The notes: generated by a model from the letters alone, not told the origin. Numbered from the stretch's first letter, positions 46,490-56,524 are shown. The stretch: DNA of 64,000 nt from Candidatus Bathyarchaeota archaeon (GCA_004376295.1 SOJZ01000031.1:12624-76623); one strand, 5' to 3'. A program made the numbers and translations.

Positions 46490-46546
46490 GCGAAACTTAA
46501 TGATGCACGCGCAAAGAATACTTCATGACACATCAAATTTCTTATT

Positions 46547-47521
46547 TTACAACCCTATTGACTGTCTAAACACTTCTAAGTTGACGCTTCCAGCTCTAAA
46601 GGTGTTGCCCGTTGCAGCGTTGTTGACTATCAAGACTGCTGGAGCGAATAGGTCGGGATCGATTCGACGAAAGTCATAGTCAACTTCCTTGAAGATTTCA
46701 AAGAACGGTTTCCCATAGCTTTTAGAGGCTGAAGATGATGCTTTATTCACCAATTCTCTCAGCTTTTCATCATCGTCATAGCGTATGGTATAACAAGCCA
46801 CACCTGCATACAAGATTGCGTCATTCGTTCTTCCCATAGCTTCAGCAAATTTAGGGTGTACTGGTGCAATGGGTGCGTATCCCCACGCGTGTATTATTAG
46901 TTTTGGGTCAAGTCCCAGTTTGGTTAACTTATGTATCCCTGTTTCTACGATTCTTCCAGAGATTTGTGTAGATCCACTTATGGTTGTTGTTGGAACCAAA
47001 ATCAAGAATAAACGGTCAGAAGTGACGCCGCATTGGCTAGAAATATAGGTTATTACATTTTCAGGCGGTTCCATATTTGTTTCAAGCACAAGCACTGTCA
47101 CATCAGCTTTGTCCCTGTAGTTTATTTTTTCATAAATTTCTCTAGGCTTCAAAGCCAACGCACGAGCGGGACCAGAACCTATAGCAACGTAGTTACCCAT
47201 GTTGATGTGCCATCCGCCAAATTGAGATCCCAACGTCGCTACCGCTGGGTGGTCTGTGTATACGAATATGGAAGGAATTTCAAGATCCTTATACTGTTTA
47301 TAGAAAATCTCTGCGTGGCCATAGCCGCCGAGACATATCTCCGTTATAATTTGGCCAGCGAGGAATCCTCCTCTTGCTTTGATTCCGGCGTCAATTAAAG
47401 TTGTACCTGATTTTGTTTCTTTAACTGCAACTCCATACTTTTCAGCGTCGTCGCAAAGGTTCTTTACGAGTGGCCATGCGGTGTGATTTACACTTAGTTG
47501 AGGTGCAGACATTTTTTTCAC
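46547..47521 (-). CDS. mch: Methenyltetrahydromethanopterin cyclohydrolase
   Basis: 324 aa; ...GSQFGGWHI...AIGSGPARALA...GRTNDAILYAG... matches the Mch pattern. 4-nt overlap with fwdC. Confidence 0.88.
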   Translation of the reverse strand: MKKMSAPQLSVNHTAWPLVKNLCDDAEKYGVAVKETKSGTTLIDAGIKARGGFLAGQIITEICLGGYGHAEIFYKQYKDLEIPSIFVYTDHPAVATLGSQFGGWHINMGNYVAIGSGPARALALKPREIYEKINYRDKADVTVLVLETNMEPPENVITYISSQCGVTSDRLFLILVPTTTISGSTQISGRIVETGIHKLTKLGLDPKLIIHAWGYAPIAPVHPKFAEAMGRTNDAILYAGVACYTIRYDDDEKLRELVNKASSSASKSYGKPFFEIFKEVDYDFRRIDPDLFAPAVLIVNNAATGNTFRAGSVNLEVFRQSIGL

Positions 47522-48339
47522 TCTAGATATTTTTCGTAAAATTTCAGGTGCGGGTTTTGAATTTGCGAAACGAACAACTTTCCATTACCATCTTCAGCTA
47601 AGTCGCCAACAAACTTGTAGAACGGCCCTTTAACAATTTCTCCGTTTACCTTGACTTTGGACTTAACGCTATCAACTGTAAACGTAGGAAGAATTGAGGG
47701 TGTGTGGCCGCAAACAACGATTTTTCCTCCACTCATTTGAGCCCCAGCTCGTCCTTCCGAGTTTCCTTGAACAATTATTGTTCCGTTTCTCATGTGGACG
47801 CCCACAAACTGTCCAACGTTTCCATCTATTCTGATTAGCCCGCTTCTCATGAAACATCCAACTTCATTTCCAGCATTTCCCTGTATAATGATTTTTCCTC
47901 CATTCATTCCGCGGGTGCTTCCGCGATAGGCTGCCCCAATGTAATCGCCTGCATCTCCTTTGATTTGAATGATACCTTTTTTCATCATGCATCCGGTCCA
48001 TGAACCTGCGCTACCCGCCACTACTATGGTGCCTCCTTGCATTTCTTCACCGAGGTGCATGCCTGTGTCGCCGTCGATAATTATTTTACCTGTAGACATT
48101 TTAGCGCCGATTCTTCGGGCCTTTCTGACATCTCCCAAAATCCGTATAGTCATTTCTTCTGATTGGTTCTTTGCATTATATTCTATTTTGAAAAGTTGGT
48201 CGAGAGTTCTCTTTTGATTTCCTTCCCAAATTTGTAGCTCAGCTATTTTACTGACTGATTTTTCAACGAAAATGTCAGGTGTGATGCATTGGGCGTCTAG
48301 GGGAGCTTTGAATAAACGTTTCGGATAGAGCGTAATCAT
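47518..48339 (-). CDS. fwdC: Formylmethanofuran dehydrogenase subunit C
   Basis: 273 aa; repeated G-x-G-D/N beta-helix motifs (GDAGDYIGAAYRGS, GNAGNEVGCFM). Confidence 0.9.
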   Translation of the reverse strand: MITLYPKRLFKAPLDAQCITPDIFVEKSVSKIAELQIWEGNQKRTLDQLFKIEYNAKNQSEEMTIRILGDVRKARRIGAKMSTGKIIIDGDTGMHLGEEMQGGTIVVAGSAGSWTGCMMKKGIIQIKGDAGDYIGAAYRGSTRGMNGGKIIIQGNAGNEVGCFMRSGLIRIDGNVGQFVGVHMRNGTIIVQGNSEGRAGAQMSGGKIVVCGHTPSILPTFTVDSVKSKVKVNGEIVKGPFYKFVGDLAEDGNGKLFVSQIQNPHLKFYEKYLE

Positions 48340-48344
48340 GAGTT

Positions 48345-50039
48345 CTAAACCTCAGTCTTAACCGAGATAGGAGCAGAAGCAGCTAAGAAGCTTTCAGGGA
48401 TTGAATAATTTTCGTACTCAACAGTCCAGTATTCTCGAAATCTTCGTTTCATATCATCTGCAACTTCTATCGGCGATGAAAGCTTCGGGTTAACCCAGAA
48501 CGTTTTTCCACGAACCGACTTTACAATTTTTCCATCTTTCACCACGATTTCGCCGTTTTTGATCGTGTACGCAGTGTTTTCGAAAGCTTTGCGAACCGCT
48601 TTGTGTTTTCTAGAAGGATCAACTAGCTCAGGATTTATGTTATATATAGCTATGTCAGCGTCTGCCCCGATTCCAAGATGCCCCTTCTGTGTTAGGCTTA
48701 AGGACTTTGCTTGACCAGCACGTGTGACTATGGCTATTTCATAAAAGCTATATTCTCGATTAATGCTTGGAAGCAGACTTTTGTGTCTCGCTCGTTTGTT
48801 GATTCTTTTCATCGTTTTATCTCTTGCATTTCGGCTCATTAACCACGAAATTATTCGAGGGTAAGTGGTGAATGGGGCAGCGTTTGGGTGATCGGTTGTT
48901 AAGTAGATTTTCCATGGGTCTTCGACTAAGAGACCGAGTTCAAGTCCGATTGACCATTGGATGGAGTGGACGTAGCTTTTGCGTCTGTACCTGAAAGGCA
49001 CGATTCCAGAGCTTGTCTCGGTTTCCACATCGTGGTTAACCCACTTGTTGCTGGTCAGCTGGTAGAGGCCATATTGGAATGGGCCGTCAGCCGTCATCGT
49101 AGTTGTATCGGTGAAAACCACCTGCCCAAGATCAAGCGTTACATGACGGTGGTGATTAACGTATTTGGCGATTTCTTCAGCTCCTGACCTTAGCGTCCGC
49201 CAATTAGATCCTTTGTAGGCGCTAAACTGACAGTGAGTAATATGTATTACTGGCTTATCCTCTAAGGCTAGATTTTCGACGCACTTCATCGTGTCCAAGG
49301 CTGTGGCATAGTTGCCAGCTTTTCCAAGATTGTTGGTGTGCACGTGAATCGTGTGAGGCATATGAAGGAGCTTGTTTACCTTGCATAAGCCACGAATAAT
49401 CTCTTTCGGAGTGATGTTAAAGCGTGGAACAGGGTCGTCAATGTTTCTGACGTTCTGTCCAAAACCCCAAGCTTCTAGCCCACCCGGGTTTACGATCTTT
49501 ATGGCATAACCTTTCGTGGCAACCATTATCCAAGCTACGTGAGCCGCACATTCCTTAATCATTCCGTCTCGAAGGTATTCTAAGACGAACCACCAGTCCC
49601 CCAGTAACGGATAGCTGGCCTTGTCAACCATGGGTGTGTCATCGAGCTCCTCATGAGTGTGCCGAGCCTCAAGTGGAGGCATCGAAGGATTCATGATCGT
49701 TGTATATCCCATTCTTGCATAACGGTAGCCAGTTGTGAATGTTGATGGAACAGAATAACCCACCCCAGACCGAGTAATAGCTGTTTTTGCTTCTACGTCT
49801 CTAAAGTGGTCTTCAGGTCGCAGAAGACGACCTGAATTGACTTCCGCACCAGCGATGTGAGTGTGAATGTCAACTCCACCAGGCATAACAATCATTCCAG
49901 AAGCATCAATCACCTTTGCTTTTTTCTCATCTACTTTTCCAACGATTTTTCCATCGCTGATTGCGAGGTCCATTTTTTCTCCATCTATGCGATTTAGAGG
50001 ATCGTAAACAAACCCGTTCTTAACAATAAGTTGTGTCAT
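48345..50039 (-). CDS. fwdA: Formylmethanofuran dehydrogenase subunit A (amidohydrolase)
   Basis: 564 aa; GGVDIHTHIAG metal-binding motif. Confidence 0.9.
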   Translation of the reverse strand: MTQLIVKNGFVYDPLNRIDGEKMDLAISDGKIVGKVDEKKAKVIDASGMIVMPGGVDIHTHIAGAEVNSGRLLRPEDHFRDVEAKTAITRSGVGYSVPSTFTTGYRYARMGYTTIMNPSMPPLEARHTHEELDDTPMVDKASYPLLGDWWFVLEYLRDGMIKECAAHVAWIMVATKGYAIKIVNPGGLEAWGFGQNVRNIDDPVPRFNITPKEIIRGLCKVNKLLHMPHTIHVHTNNLGKAGNYATALDTMKCVENLALEDKPVIHITHCQFSAYKGSNWRTLRSGAEEIAKYVNHHRHVTLDLGQVVFTDTTTMTADGPFQYGLYQLTSNKWVNHDVETETSSGIVPFRYRRKSYVHSIQWSIGLELGLLVEDPWKIYLTTDHPNAAPFTTYPRIISWLMSRNARDKTMKRINKRARHKSLLPSINREYSFYEIAIVTRAGQAKSLSLTQKGHLGIGADADIAIYNINPELVDPSRKHKAVRKAFENTAYTIKNGEIVVKDGKIVKSVRGKTFWVNPKLSSPIEVADDMKRRFREYWTVEYENYSIPESFLAASAPISVKTEV

Positions 50040-51475
50040 TTTCGTTTGCTCCCTAGTCTGCGAACTTCATGAAGGATTCTTTGCAGAATCTCAACATCAG
50101 AAAGACAGTTGCTCGGCGGTTCTACAATCTTCTTTAGTGGTAAAGGAACGTGATCCATGCGGTAGGCAGTCCCCTCTGTCTCGATCCCTACGAAAGTGGA
50201 TGGAAACACCACATCCGCCATTAACGAAGTAGGAGTTGTTTGTGGGTCAATCACAATAAGAGGATTTTTCACCAAGTTTTGAGCTGCTTTTTTTGGGAAA
50301 TGCGCGACCGGATCTGAAGCGACTACAAGCGCAGCATCCGTTTCATCTCGGCACAATATATCAATCACCGATGTTTCGCCAGGGTTGTACTGTGGATAGC
50401 CCTGAGAGAAGTCAACGGCAAAGGGATATCCGGTTTGCCAAGTGAACACGACGTTTGCTCCAGCCACATTGAAATGCCCTCGCATAGGCATGATCAGAAA
50501 CTTTGTGCGCCGGTTCAGATCGCGAACTAGAGAAATTGCAGCATCAATGTTTCGGAGCTTACCTTCAGTCATGGTTAGCCCTAATCCGAAAAAGATAACT
50601 CCCAATTTGCATCCTATCATAACATCAGCAATTTCGTCAAGCGTTTCAACAGGCACACCAGCAACACGGTCAACGTCAAGTTCTTCGTCTGCAATAAGCA
50701 TGCGAAAGGCTTGCAGAAGCTCGTAGTCTTTGTTGGGTTCAACTTGAAGAAAATAGTCAGCTACATCAGCGGAATGGGTCTTACGGACATCTACGACCAC
50801 CATCTTTCTTTTCTTCTTGAACATAGTGTAGGGGAGTTCGCGACTGATCTCAGGTGTAGCGAACACGTCGCGTCTAAGGACTAGATTGACAGCTCTTCGA
50901 AGTCTCTTTTTGGACAGAATGCCGCCCAATCGTGAGACATATGCTCTCCATGTACTCTTTTGAAATCTACCATTCGAAAATGTTGTGTATCTTTCTACGT
51001 GGCGGGGATGAGAGCTCCAAGGGTTGCATCCCCAATAAACGATGAGGTCCGCTCGATGCCGCAGTTGCCCCAGAGTGCAAGACGAAATGCCAACATCTTG
51101 GATGCTCAGAATAGACGGGCCATGGCAAATGGTAGACGTATTGTCGATAACCCCGCCAACCTCCTCGGCCAGCTCCAGTCCAACGCGAATTGCTTCACAA
51201 CTTGTAGAACTCCAGCCATACAATATGGGGTAAGTAGCATCTATGAGGATCTCTGCACTCTTTCTAATTGCTTCGTCCAAAGAAGCTTCAACTAACTCGC
51301 CGTTCTTTCTTACAAGCGGTTTCACACTTCTGTGATTAGCATAGTCTAAAAACTTGGCTGCACCAATAGCGCATGCGTTTCTAACATCCGTTATAACGTT
51401 GTTTTTTACAATGACTTCGATGTCATCGCAAAAAGAACCGCAGACTGGACAGGTCACTTGGGAAACGACGGGCAC
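50036..51475 (-). CDS. fwdB: Formylmethanofuran dehydrogenase subunit B (molybdopterin/tungstopterin)
   Basis: 479 aa; N-terminal CPVCGSFCDD cluster. The frame is uninterrupted, so this is not a Sec version. Confidence 0.88.
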   Translation of the reverse strand: MPVVSQVTCPVCGSFCDDIEVIVKNNVITDVRNACAIGAAKFLDYANHRSVKPLVRKNGELVEASLDEAIRKSAEILIDATYPILYGWSSTSCEAIRVGLELAEEVGGVIDNTSTICHGPSILSIQDVGISSCTLGQLRHRADLIVYWGCNPWSSHPRHVERYTTFSNGRFQKSTWRAYVSRLGGILSKKRLRRAVNLVLRRDVFATPEISRELPYTMFKKKRKMVVVDVRKTHSADVADYFLQVEPNKDYELLQAFRMLIADEELDVDRVAGVPVETLDEIADVMIGCKLGVIFFGLGLTMTEGKLRNIDAAISLVRDLNRRTKFLIMPMRGHFNVAGANVVFTWQTGYPFAVDFSQGYPQYNPGETSVIDILCRDETDAALVVASDPVAHFPKKAAQNLVKNPLIVIDPQTTPTSLMADVVFPSTFVGIETEGTAYRMDHVPLPLKKIVEPPSNCLSDVEILQRILHEVRRLGSKRK

Positions 51476-51477
51476 TC

Positions 51478-51876
51478 TTATTCCCTCTTGTAATGTTCTT
51501 CAAGCAGATCAAGCATGCTTGATACTCTTTCTTCAAGAGCAGGCTCAATCTCGGCAGGTATCCCCTTTAGTGACGGCATCCCAGTTCCATGGGTTTCTGG
51601 GTTCATGACAAGACTTGCCCAAGGACCATAGGGAATGAAAACAATCTTGGGATGCGGTGCTGTCGGCGACTTGACCAATCTTAGGACTACAGAACCGAAA
51701 TTGGTGATGATTTTGACATTTTCGTTTTCTCTTATTCCAAGTGATTTTATGTCTTCTGGGTCCATGTGACAAATCGCCACGCTCTCTTGGTACTCCTCAG
51801 AGAGCTTGCCGTGTTCCTTTCCCACACCTTGATCGACTGTTCGACCGGTTAGCAGTGAAACTTTTAGTTTAGGCAT
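51478..51876 (-). CDS. fwdD: Formylmethanofuran dehydrogenase subunit D
   Basis: 132 aa; molybdopterin-dinucleotide-binding beta-barrel type; first gene of the tightly packed fwdDBAC-mch operon. Confidence 0.85.
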   Translation of the reverse strand: MPKLKVSLLTGRTVDQGVGKEHGKLSEEYQESVAICHMDPEDIKSLGIRENENVKIITNFGSVVLRLVKSPTAPHPKIVFIPYGPWASLVMNPETHGTGMPSLKGIPAEIEPALEERVSSMLDLLEEHYKRE

Positions 51877-52183
51877 CAGGCTGTCCCAACCGAAAGGATA
51901 CGCTTTAACTCGTTAATCAGCTTGAAACGTTTACTAAGCATGATTTAACCTATTAATGTTATTGATGTTACTTGTCTTTCATAAACTTCCTTTTTTCGAT
52001 TCCATTATACATTCTGATGTTGTTGAACATTGACACGTGCCCTTCTCATCTGGACGTAGGCAGTTGCATGCTTCGCATTCAAACTGGCGCAACTCAATGA
52101 ATCTAACTCACTTTCATACAGCCTATCAATCCTTTTGTTTGTGTCATATATTGAACGGAGGTGGAAACCGTCACACACGCGGT

Positions 52184-52777
52184 CTATACCGGTAGAACGG
52201 CCTCTCCTGAAGCCAGTTTCATCAAGTCTTCTTCTCCCTCAGCATAACCCGAAGCGATTAAGATGTCCCCAGCTTTTATCACAACATAAGGCTTAGGACG
52301 TATCCATTTCCCCCCTCTTCTAATACTTAATACCCACATCCCCGTCTCCTCTGGAATCTGAGCATCCCGCAGAGTTTTGTTTATTAACGAAGATTCTCTA
52401 GCTACTTGCACACGAGTCACCGTTTCCTCAGCCTCCTCAATCACAAGCTTCAAAACAGGATGCGGCTCTAACCCTCTCAAAACAACCCCGGCTATCTCCG
52501 CAGCAGCATCCGCTATCTTTTCCGTAACAACTCCCAACCTTATCAAACCGAGGAAATCCTTGGATTCTTTTCGCTTGAACCCACTCGACAAAACTAAAAG
52601 TTCAAACTCTGTGTGCAACTCATCCACGTGTTCTTCGAGTTCTTGCACTTCTTCCGCCAGCTCATGGCTGTTAAGAAGAAGTGAGGAGTATGCGAGGTCC
52701 ATCATGAGTTCAGAGGTGTCTTTCAGCTCCACGAGTTTATTTACAATTTTTTTGAAGTGTCTTTCAGGTGATGCCAT
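52184..52777 (-). CDS. PhoU-like + TrkA-C domain protein (COG3273-like)
   Basis: 197 aa; paralogue of the upstream gene. N-terminal helical ELMMDLAYSSLL...EEHVDELH, C-terminal TrkA-C. Confidence 0.65.
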   Translation of the reverse strand: MASPERHFKKIVNKLVELKDTSELMMDLAYSSLLLNSHELAEEVQELEEHVDELHTEFELLVLSSGFKRKESKDFLGLIRLGVVTEKIADAAAEIAGVVLRGLEPHPVLKLVIEEAEETVTRVQVARESSLINKTLRDAQIPEETGMWVLSIRRGGKWIRPKPYVVIKAGDILIASGYAEGEEDLMKLASGEAVLPV

Positions 52778-52780
52778 AGT

Positions 52781-53389
52781 TTAATCCTCTAATTTCTGAA
52801 CCGTTCCATCAGCAAGTCCTTTAAATTCCTCAATGCCCAACGGAGCTCCTCGAGCAACAAGAACATCCTCCTTGTGAACTTTTTCATCCTCTTTTGGGTT
52901 TATGATCCACTTCTTTCCTCGACGAATCGCGATGATGTCGACCCCAATCTTTGCGGCCAACTCTAATTCTCCCAATTTTTGCCCAATCAGAATCGAATCG
53001 GGCTTAACTTGGGCGCGGGCTAGTCGTTCCTCAACTTTTTGGAAAGCCTCGCGAACAATGGGATGAATACCGATTTCCTGTAACACTATTGCGGCTATGT
53101 CAGCAGCAGCGTCAGAAATCTTGTTAGCGGCGGCAGCCACCACGGAAACTCCGACAAGAGCCTCGGCGTCTTCTGCGTCTCTAGCAGCCAACATGGCGTT
53201 CATACCTAAAATGTAAGCGAGTGTGTCAACGTGTTCCTCCAGTTCTAAGACATCCTCAGCGAGTTCACGACTATGAAAAAGAGCTGCAGAATAAGCCAAA
53301 TCGATCATTAATTCGGATATGTCTTTCATTTCAACGAGTAAGTCTCGAACTGGTATGGGTTTGTACTCAATTTTTTCTAGGTGCACCAT
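52781..53389 (-). CDS. PhoU-like + TrkA-C domain protein (COG3273-like)
   Basis: 202 aa; ELMIDLAYSAALF...EEHVDTL; tandem paralogue. Confidence 0.65.
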   Translation of the reverse strand: MVHLEKIEYKPIPVRDLLVEMKDISELMIDLAYSAALFHSRELAEDVLELEEHVDTLAYILGMNAMLAARDAEDAEALVGVSVVAAAANKISDAAADIAAIVLQEIGIHPIVREAFQKVEERLARAQVKPDSILIGQKLGELELAAKIGVDIIAIRRGKKWIINPKEDEKVHKEDVLVARGAPLGIEEFKGLADGTVQKLED

Positions 53390-53469
53390 GCTGTCAAAAA
53401 CTCTCCAAGCGTAACATGATCTCGCTACCTAGCATTAAATTGTGCGTATATTAATATTAATGTATTTTA

Positions 53470-53535
53470 AACGGTTACCTTTGCATGCATGCATAAAGGG
53501 TTTAACATAGATCGTGGACATTTTAACATTGTTTC
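53470..53535 (+). repeat. Intergenic repeat carrying an (ATGC)n core (copy 2)
   Basis: aacggttacctttgcatgcatgcataaagggtttaacatagatcgtggacattttaacatt. Homologous to 34079-34135. Confidence 0.7.
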
Positions 53536-53693
53536 GTGTCCAATTTGTGTACAATTCCCAAAATCAGGGGGTTGATAGAGTATCAGAGTGGAACTGGACT
53601 CCTTGCATGGGTGCATAGAACATTTCTCCTCAACTTATTAATGCAACTTCAAGCAAGATAATATGTAGAGTATAAGAGAGAGGGTGAATAGTC

Positions 53694-54503
53694 TTGAATG
53701 AAAAACAGTTTATGGTAGGCGCTTTGATTGGTTTAATGCTATTAGCACTAGCATTGGCTCCGTTGTCTGGTCAGGAAGGTGGTGGATATAACCCTTGGGC
53801 AGATTTGGATGGTGATGGAAACATAGATGCTGACGACTTGTATCTTCTGGCAAATGCGTATGGTACTTCAGGAGAACCCCTCAATCTTCCTATGGCTTTG
53901 GAATATGACAGCGGATGGGTTAACATCATCGACAAACTAGGTCAGCATTTCAACATAACCCACAACCTGAACAGCTCGAACACAATCGTGCAGATTAGAG
54001 GAAAAACAACATTGGCAGGCCCAGCCCATCGGAGACATTTCGATGGAACAGGCTACACAGCGGGATGGAACCAAACATACGGAGGAGCAAACGCCGACCA
54101 TGCTCGTTCCGTGATTCAGACAGCTGATGGAGGATACGCAATAGCAGGCTACACCTACTCGTATGGTGCTGGTGGTTGGGATTCCTGGCTGGTTAAGATT
54201 GACTCTGCTGGTAACATGCAGTGGAACCAAACATACGGAGGAACATTCGATGAAGACACCTGGTCCATGGTTCAGACGAGCGATGGTGGATACGCGTTGG
54301 CTGGCTCCACCCATTCCTATACTGCTGGTGGCTTGGATTTCTGGCTGGTTAAGACGGATGCGTTCGGATTAACAGAGGCTTTCGAGTTGGGATTAGCTAT
54401 TACGGGTCGGACAGCGGACACTTTAGAACTGTATAAGGGCGCAATCGACCCCTACTGGAACTATGTGCGCATCAGGATATGGGTAGCCAAAGAAACCCCA
54501 TAA
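53694..54503 (+). CDS. Secreted protein with dockerin/EF-hand-like DxDxDG motif and tandem ~47-aa beta-propeller-like repeats
   Basis: 269 aa; signal peptide; ADLDGDGNIDADDLYLLANAYG. Repeats WNQTYGG...DGGYA.AG.T.SY.AGG.D.WLVK.D x2. Confidence 0.65.
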   Translation: MNEKQFMVGALIGLMLLALALAPLSGQEGGGYNPWADLDGDGNIDADDLYLLANAYGTSGEPLNLPMALEYDSGWVNIIDKLGQHFNITHNLNSSNTIVQIRGKTTLAGPAHRRHFDGTGYTAGWNQTYGGANADHARSVIQTADGGYAIAGYTYSYGAGGWDSWLVKIDSAGNMQWNQTYGGTFDEDTWSMVQTSDGGYALAGSTHSYTAGGLDFWLVKTDAFGLTEAFELGLAITGRTADTLELYKGAIDPYWNYVRIRIWVAKETP

Positions 54504-54859
54504 CCACAATGCATGCGTGTGCGCGCAAATGATAGGCTTCAGCAGCTTTGGGAAGAGACCTCTTCCAAGAGTATGTAGGTAGAAATCTGATTGCTCACTG
54601 GCAGCCCTATTTCAAAGCCCCTCTTCATTTTCCGGTTGTTACAGCTAACTCTCTTAAAGAATGTTCAAACCTGGAATGCATGCATGACAGCAGAACATTA
54701 ACGATAACTGAAGTATGGTCGGTATACATTCTAAAAGGGCTGGTGTGCTGGACGTAACCCGCCTATAGGGCATTATAGAATTATGCTCTATCTCTCTTAC
54801 TTCGTTTAGTTCTTTCATTTTCTCATCTCGCATGTAGGCTTATAGGTGGTGTTTTATTT

Positions 54860-55060
54860 TTGGGTTTGCTTGTTTTAGGTCTTTTTTTCATGCATGCCTG
54901 TCATTGTGGGTGGGGGAAGGGGTACAAGGGGAAACTGCGCTTCGGGGGGTTTCCCCCTGTTCCTATGGCTTCGGGTGGGTGTGGCAATATGAATAGCCGA
55001 GCGACCAGCTCGGCTGGTATCATGCCCTCAATTCCAAGTAAAAGGTATAGCAAACACTAG
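54860..55060 (+). CDS. Small Gly/Cys-rich peptide with hydrophobic N-terminus (speculative)
   Basis: 66 aa. TTG start preceded by ATAGGTGGTGTTTT, the same string that precedes 55108..55290. Confidence 0.25.
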   Translation: MGLLVLGLFFMHACHCGWGKGYKGKLRFGGFPPVPMASGGCGNMNSRATSSAGIMPSIPSKRYSKH

Positions 55061-55107
55061 AATAGGTGATATCCATATATACGAAACAAAAATAGGTGGT
55101 GTTTTTT

Positions 55108-55290
55108 ATGAAGGAAAAAGATGAGCATAGTCCTGTCGTGCTGAAGTTGGTTTCGAAAGGGAAGAGCGGAGTTCAGATCTCAAGTGTTCCCATGAAGAAG
55201 TTAAAGGCTCTAGAAGAGTGGCATCAGAAGAACTATCATCCCTGCAAATGGCGAATAAGCAAGGATGGGAAAAACCTCTTACTGATGTAA
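55108..55290 (+). CDS. Small hypothetical protein
   Basis: 60 aa from ATG 55108 (MKEKDEHSPVVLK...); AGGTGGTG lies 8 nt upstream. Confidence 0.3.
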   Translation: MKEKDEHSPVVLKLVSKGKSGVQISSVPMKKLKALEEWHQKNYHPCKWRISKDGKNLLLM

Positions 55291-55593
55291 GGCATGCATG
55301 TATGTGATGTGCATTCATCTATTCTTTAACCATTGTGCAACTCTTTTTAGATGTGGAATTGCACTTTGGTCGATTATTGGAACTTCTCTTGCACCCATCT
55401 TTTTGAGGGATTGATATTTAGCCATTTGTGAATAGATAACTGCATGCATGCATACCATTATTCAATCTTATACCTCTAAGTTTGAATGGTAGTTTCATAG
55501 CAAAATACGTATAAATTCAAGGGATTTCTGCATGTATACATGCAAAAAAAAGTAATATATAGCAGACGTAAAGACAATTATGGGGTTAATAGA

Positions 55594-56076
55594 ATGCCAT
55601 TTACAGTTTTTGTAAGTCATAGCACTAAGGATATGGACATAGTCAATGAACTTGCAAAATGGTTGGAGTTAAATGGAGTTGTTGCTCATGTAGCTCAATT
55701 ACAGACAGAAGCAGGAAAACCTTTGGCTGAAACGATTTCAGAGGGACTGGAGTCAAGCAATTGTGTTCTCGCGATTTTAACGAAAGATGGCGCAAGGTCA
55801 AAGTGGGTCAATCAAGAAATTGGATATGCAAAGCGAGCTGGAAAAATGGTTGTGCCAATAGTAGAAGAAGGGGTAAGGGTAAAAGGGTTCCTTGAAAGTT
55901 TGGAATATATCCCTTTCGACAGACGTAATCCGTATGACGCTGTGACTCGAGCTGTGGAATATCTCAGAACGCTTGCTGTCAGAAAGGAGGAAGAAGAAAG
56001 AGCAAGAGCTATCTTTGGAGGATTACTTTTTCTCTTTGGTCTTCTAGCCCTTGCAGCTGTAGCTTCTGGAGAGTGA
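55594..56076 (+). CDS. TIR-domain protein with C-terminal transmembrane anchor
   Basis: Start moved to ATG 55594 (MPFTVFVSHSTKDMDIV...). SKWVNQEIGYA contains the conserved TIR Glu. Tail IFGGLLFLFGLLALAAVASGE. Confidence 0.8.
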   Translation: MPFTVFVSHSTKDMDIVNELAKWLELNGVVAHVAQLQTEAGKPLAETISEGLESSNCVLAILTKDGARSKWVNQEIGYAKRAGKMVVPIVEEGVRVKGFLESLEYIPFDRRNPYDAVTRAVEYLRTLAVRKEEEERARAIFGGLLFLFGLLALAAVASGE

Positions 56077-56182
56077 GATAACGTCTATCAAGTTAGCTTG
56101 GGAGTTCCTGAAAAGAGCTCTGAGGTGCCTAGAGGAAGCTAAAAGGCATTTTGACAATCCAAGCCATGTCGTAGATTATCCT

Positions 56183-56524
56183 TTGTGTATAACCCGAGCT
56201 CATGAATGCGTTGAATTTTCTCTAAAGGCAGCATTGTTATTGGTAGGAAGAAGACTTCCTCACACTCATGACTTAAGTGATGTTCTAACAGGAGCAATTA
56301 AGAAATTTCCAGAGTGGTTCAAAGAAAAGGTTCCTTCGTTTGCAGTTCATTCCAAGGTTATGAACGTCATTAAAGTCTATGCAACGTACGGCTACGAACC
56401 TACGAGTACACCTCCAAAAGAGCTTTTCAAGGAACACTACGCAAATATGTGCGTTAAGAATGCGGAAGACGTTTGGTCTAATTGCCATCGTCTTTACCAT
56501 GAGATACAATCGCTAAAACCGTAA
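56183..56524 (+). CDS. HEPN-domain protein (annotated start truncates the domain)
   Basis: Rx4H motif GRRLPHTHDL. The frame is open from 56063 and encodes a plausible first HEPN helix (ITSIKLAWEFLKRALRCLEEAKRHFD), but has no ATG/GTG/TTG before 56183. Confidence 0.7.
   Translation: MCITRAHECVEFSLKAALLLVGRRLPHTHDLSDVLTGAIKKFPEWFKEKVPSFAVHSKVMNVIKVYATYGYEPTSTPPKELFKEHYANMCVKNAEDVWSNCHRLYHEIQSLKP

Noticed and set aside
50036-51475. Selenocysteine-containing FwdB
   Set aside because: The reading frame is continuous with no in-frame TGA, and no SECIS-like element needs to be invoked.
51990-52100. Cys-rich minus-strand frame FECEACNCLRPDEKGTCQCSTTSECIMESKKGSL* upstream of the fwd operon
   Set aside because: No ATG, GTG or TTG start in frame after the preceding stop. 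It may be chance in a promoter region.
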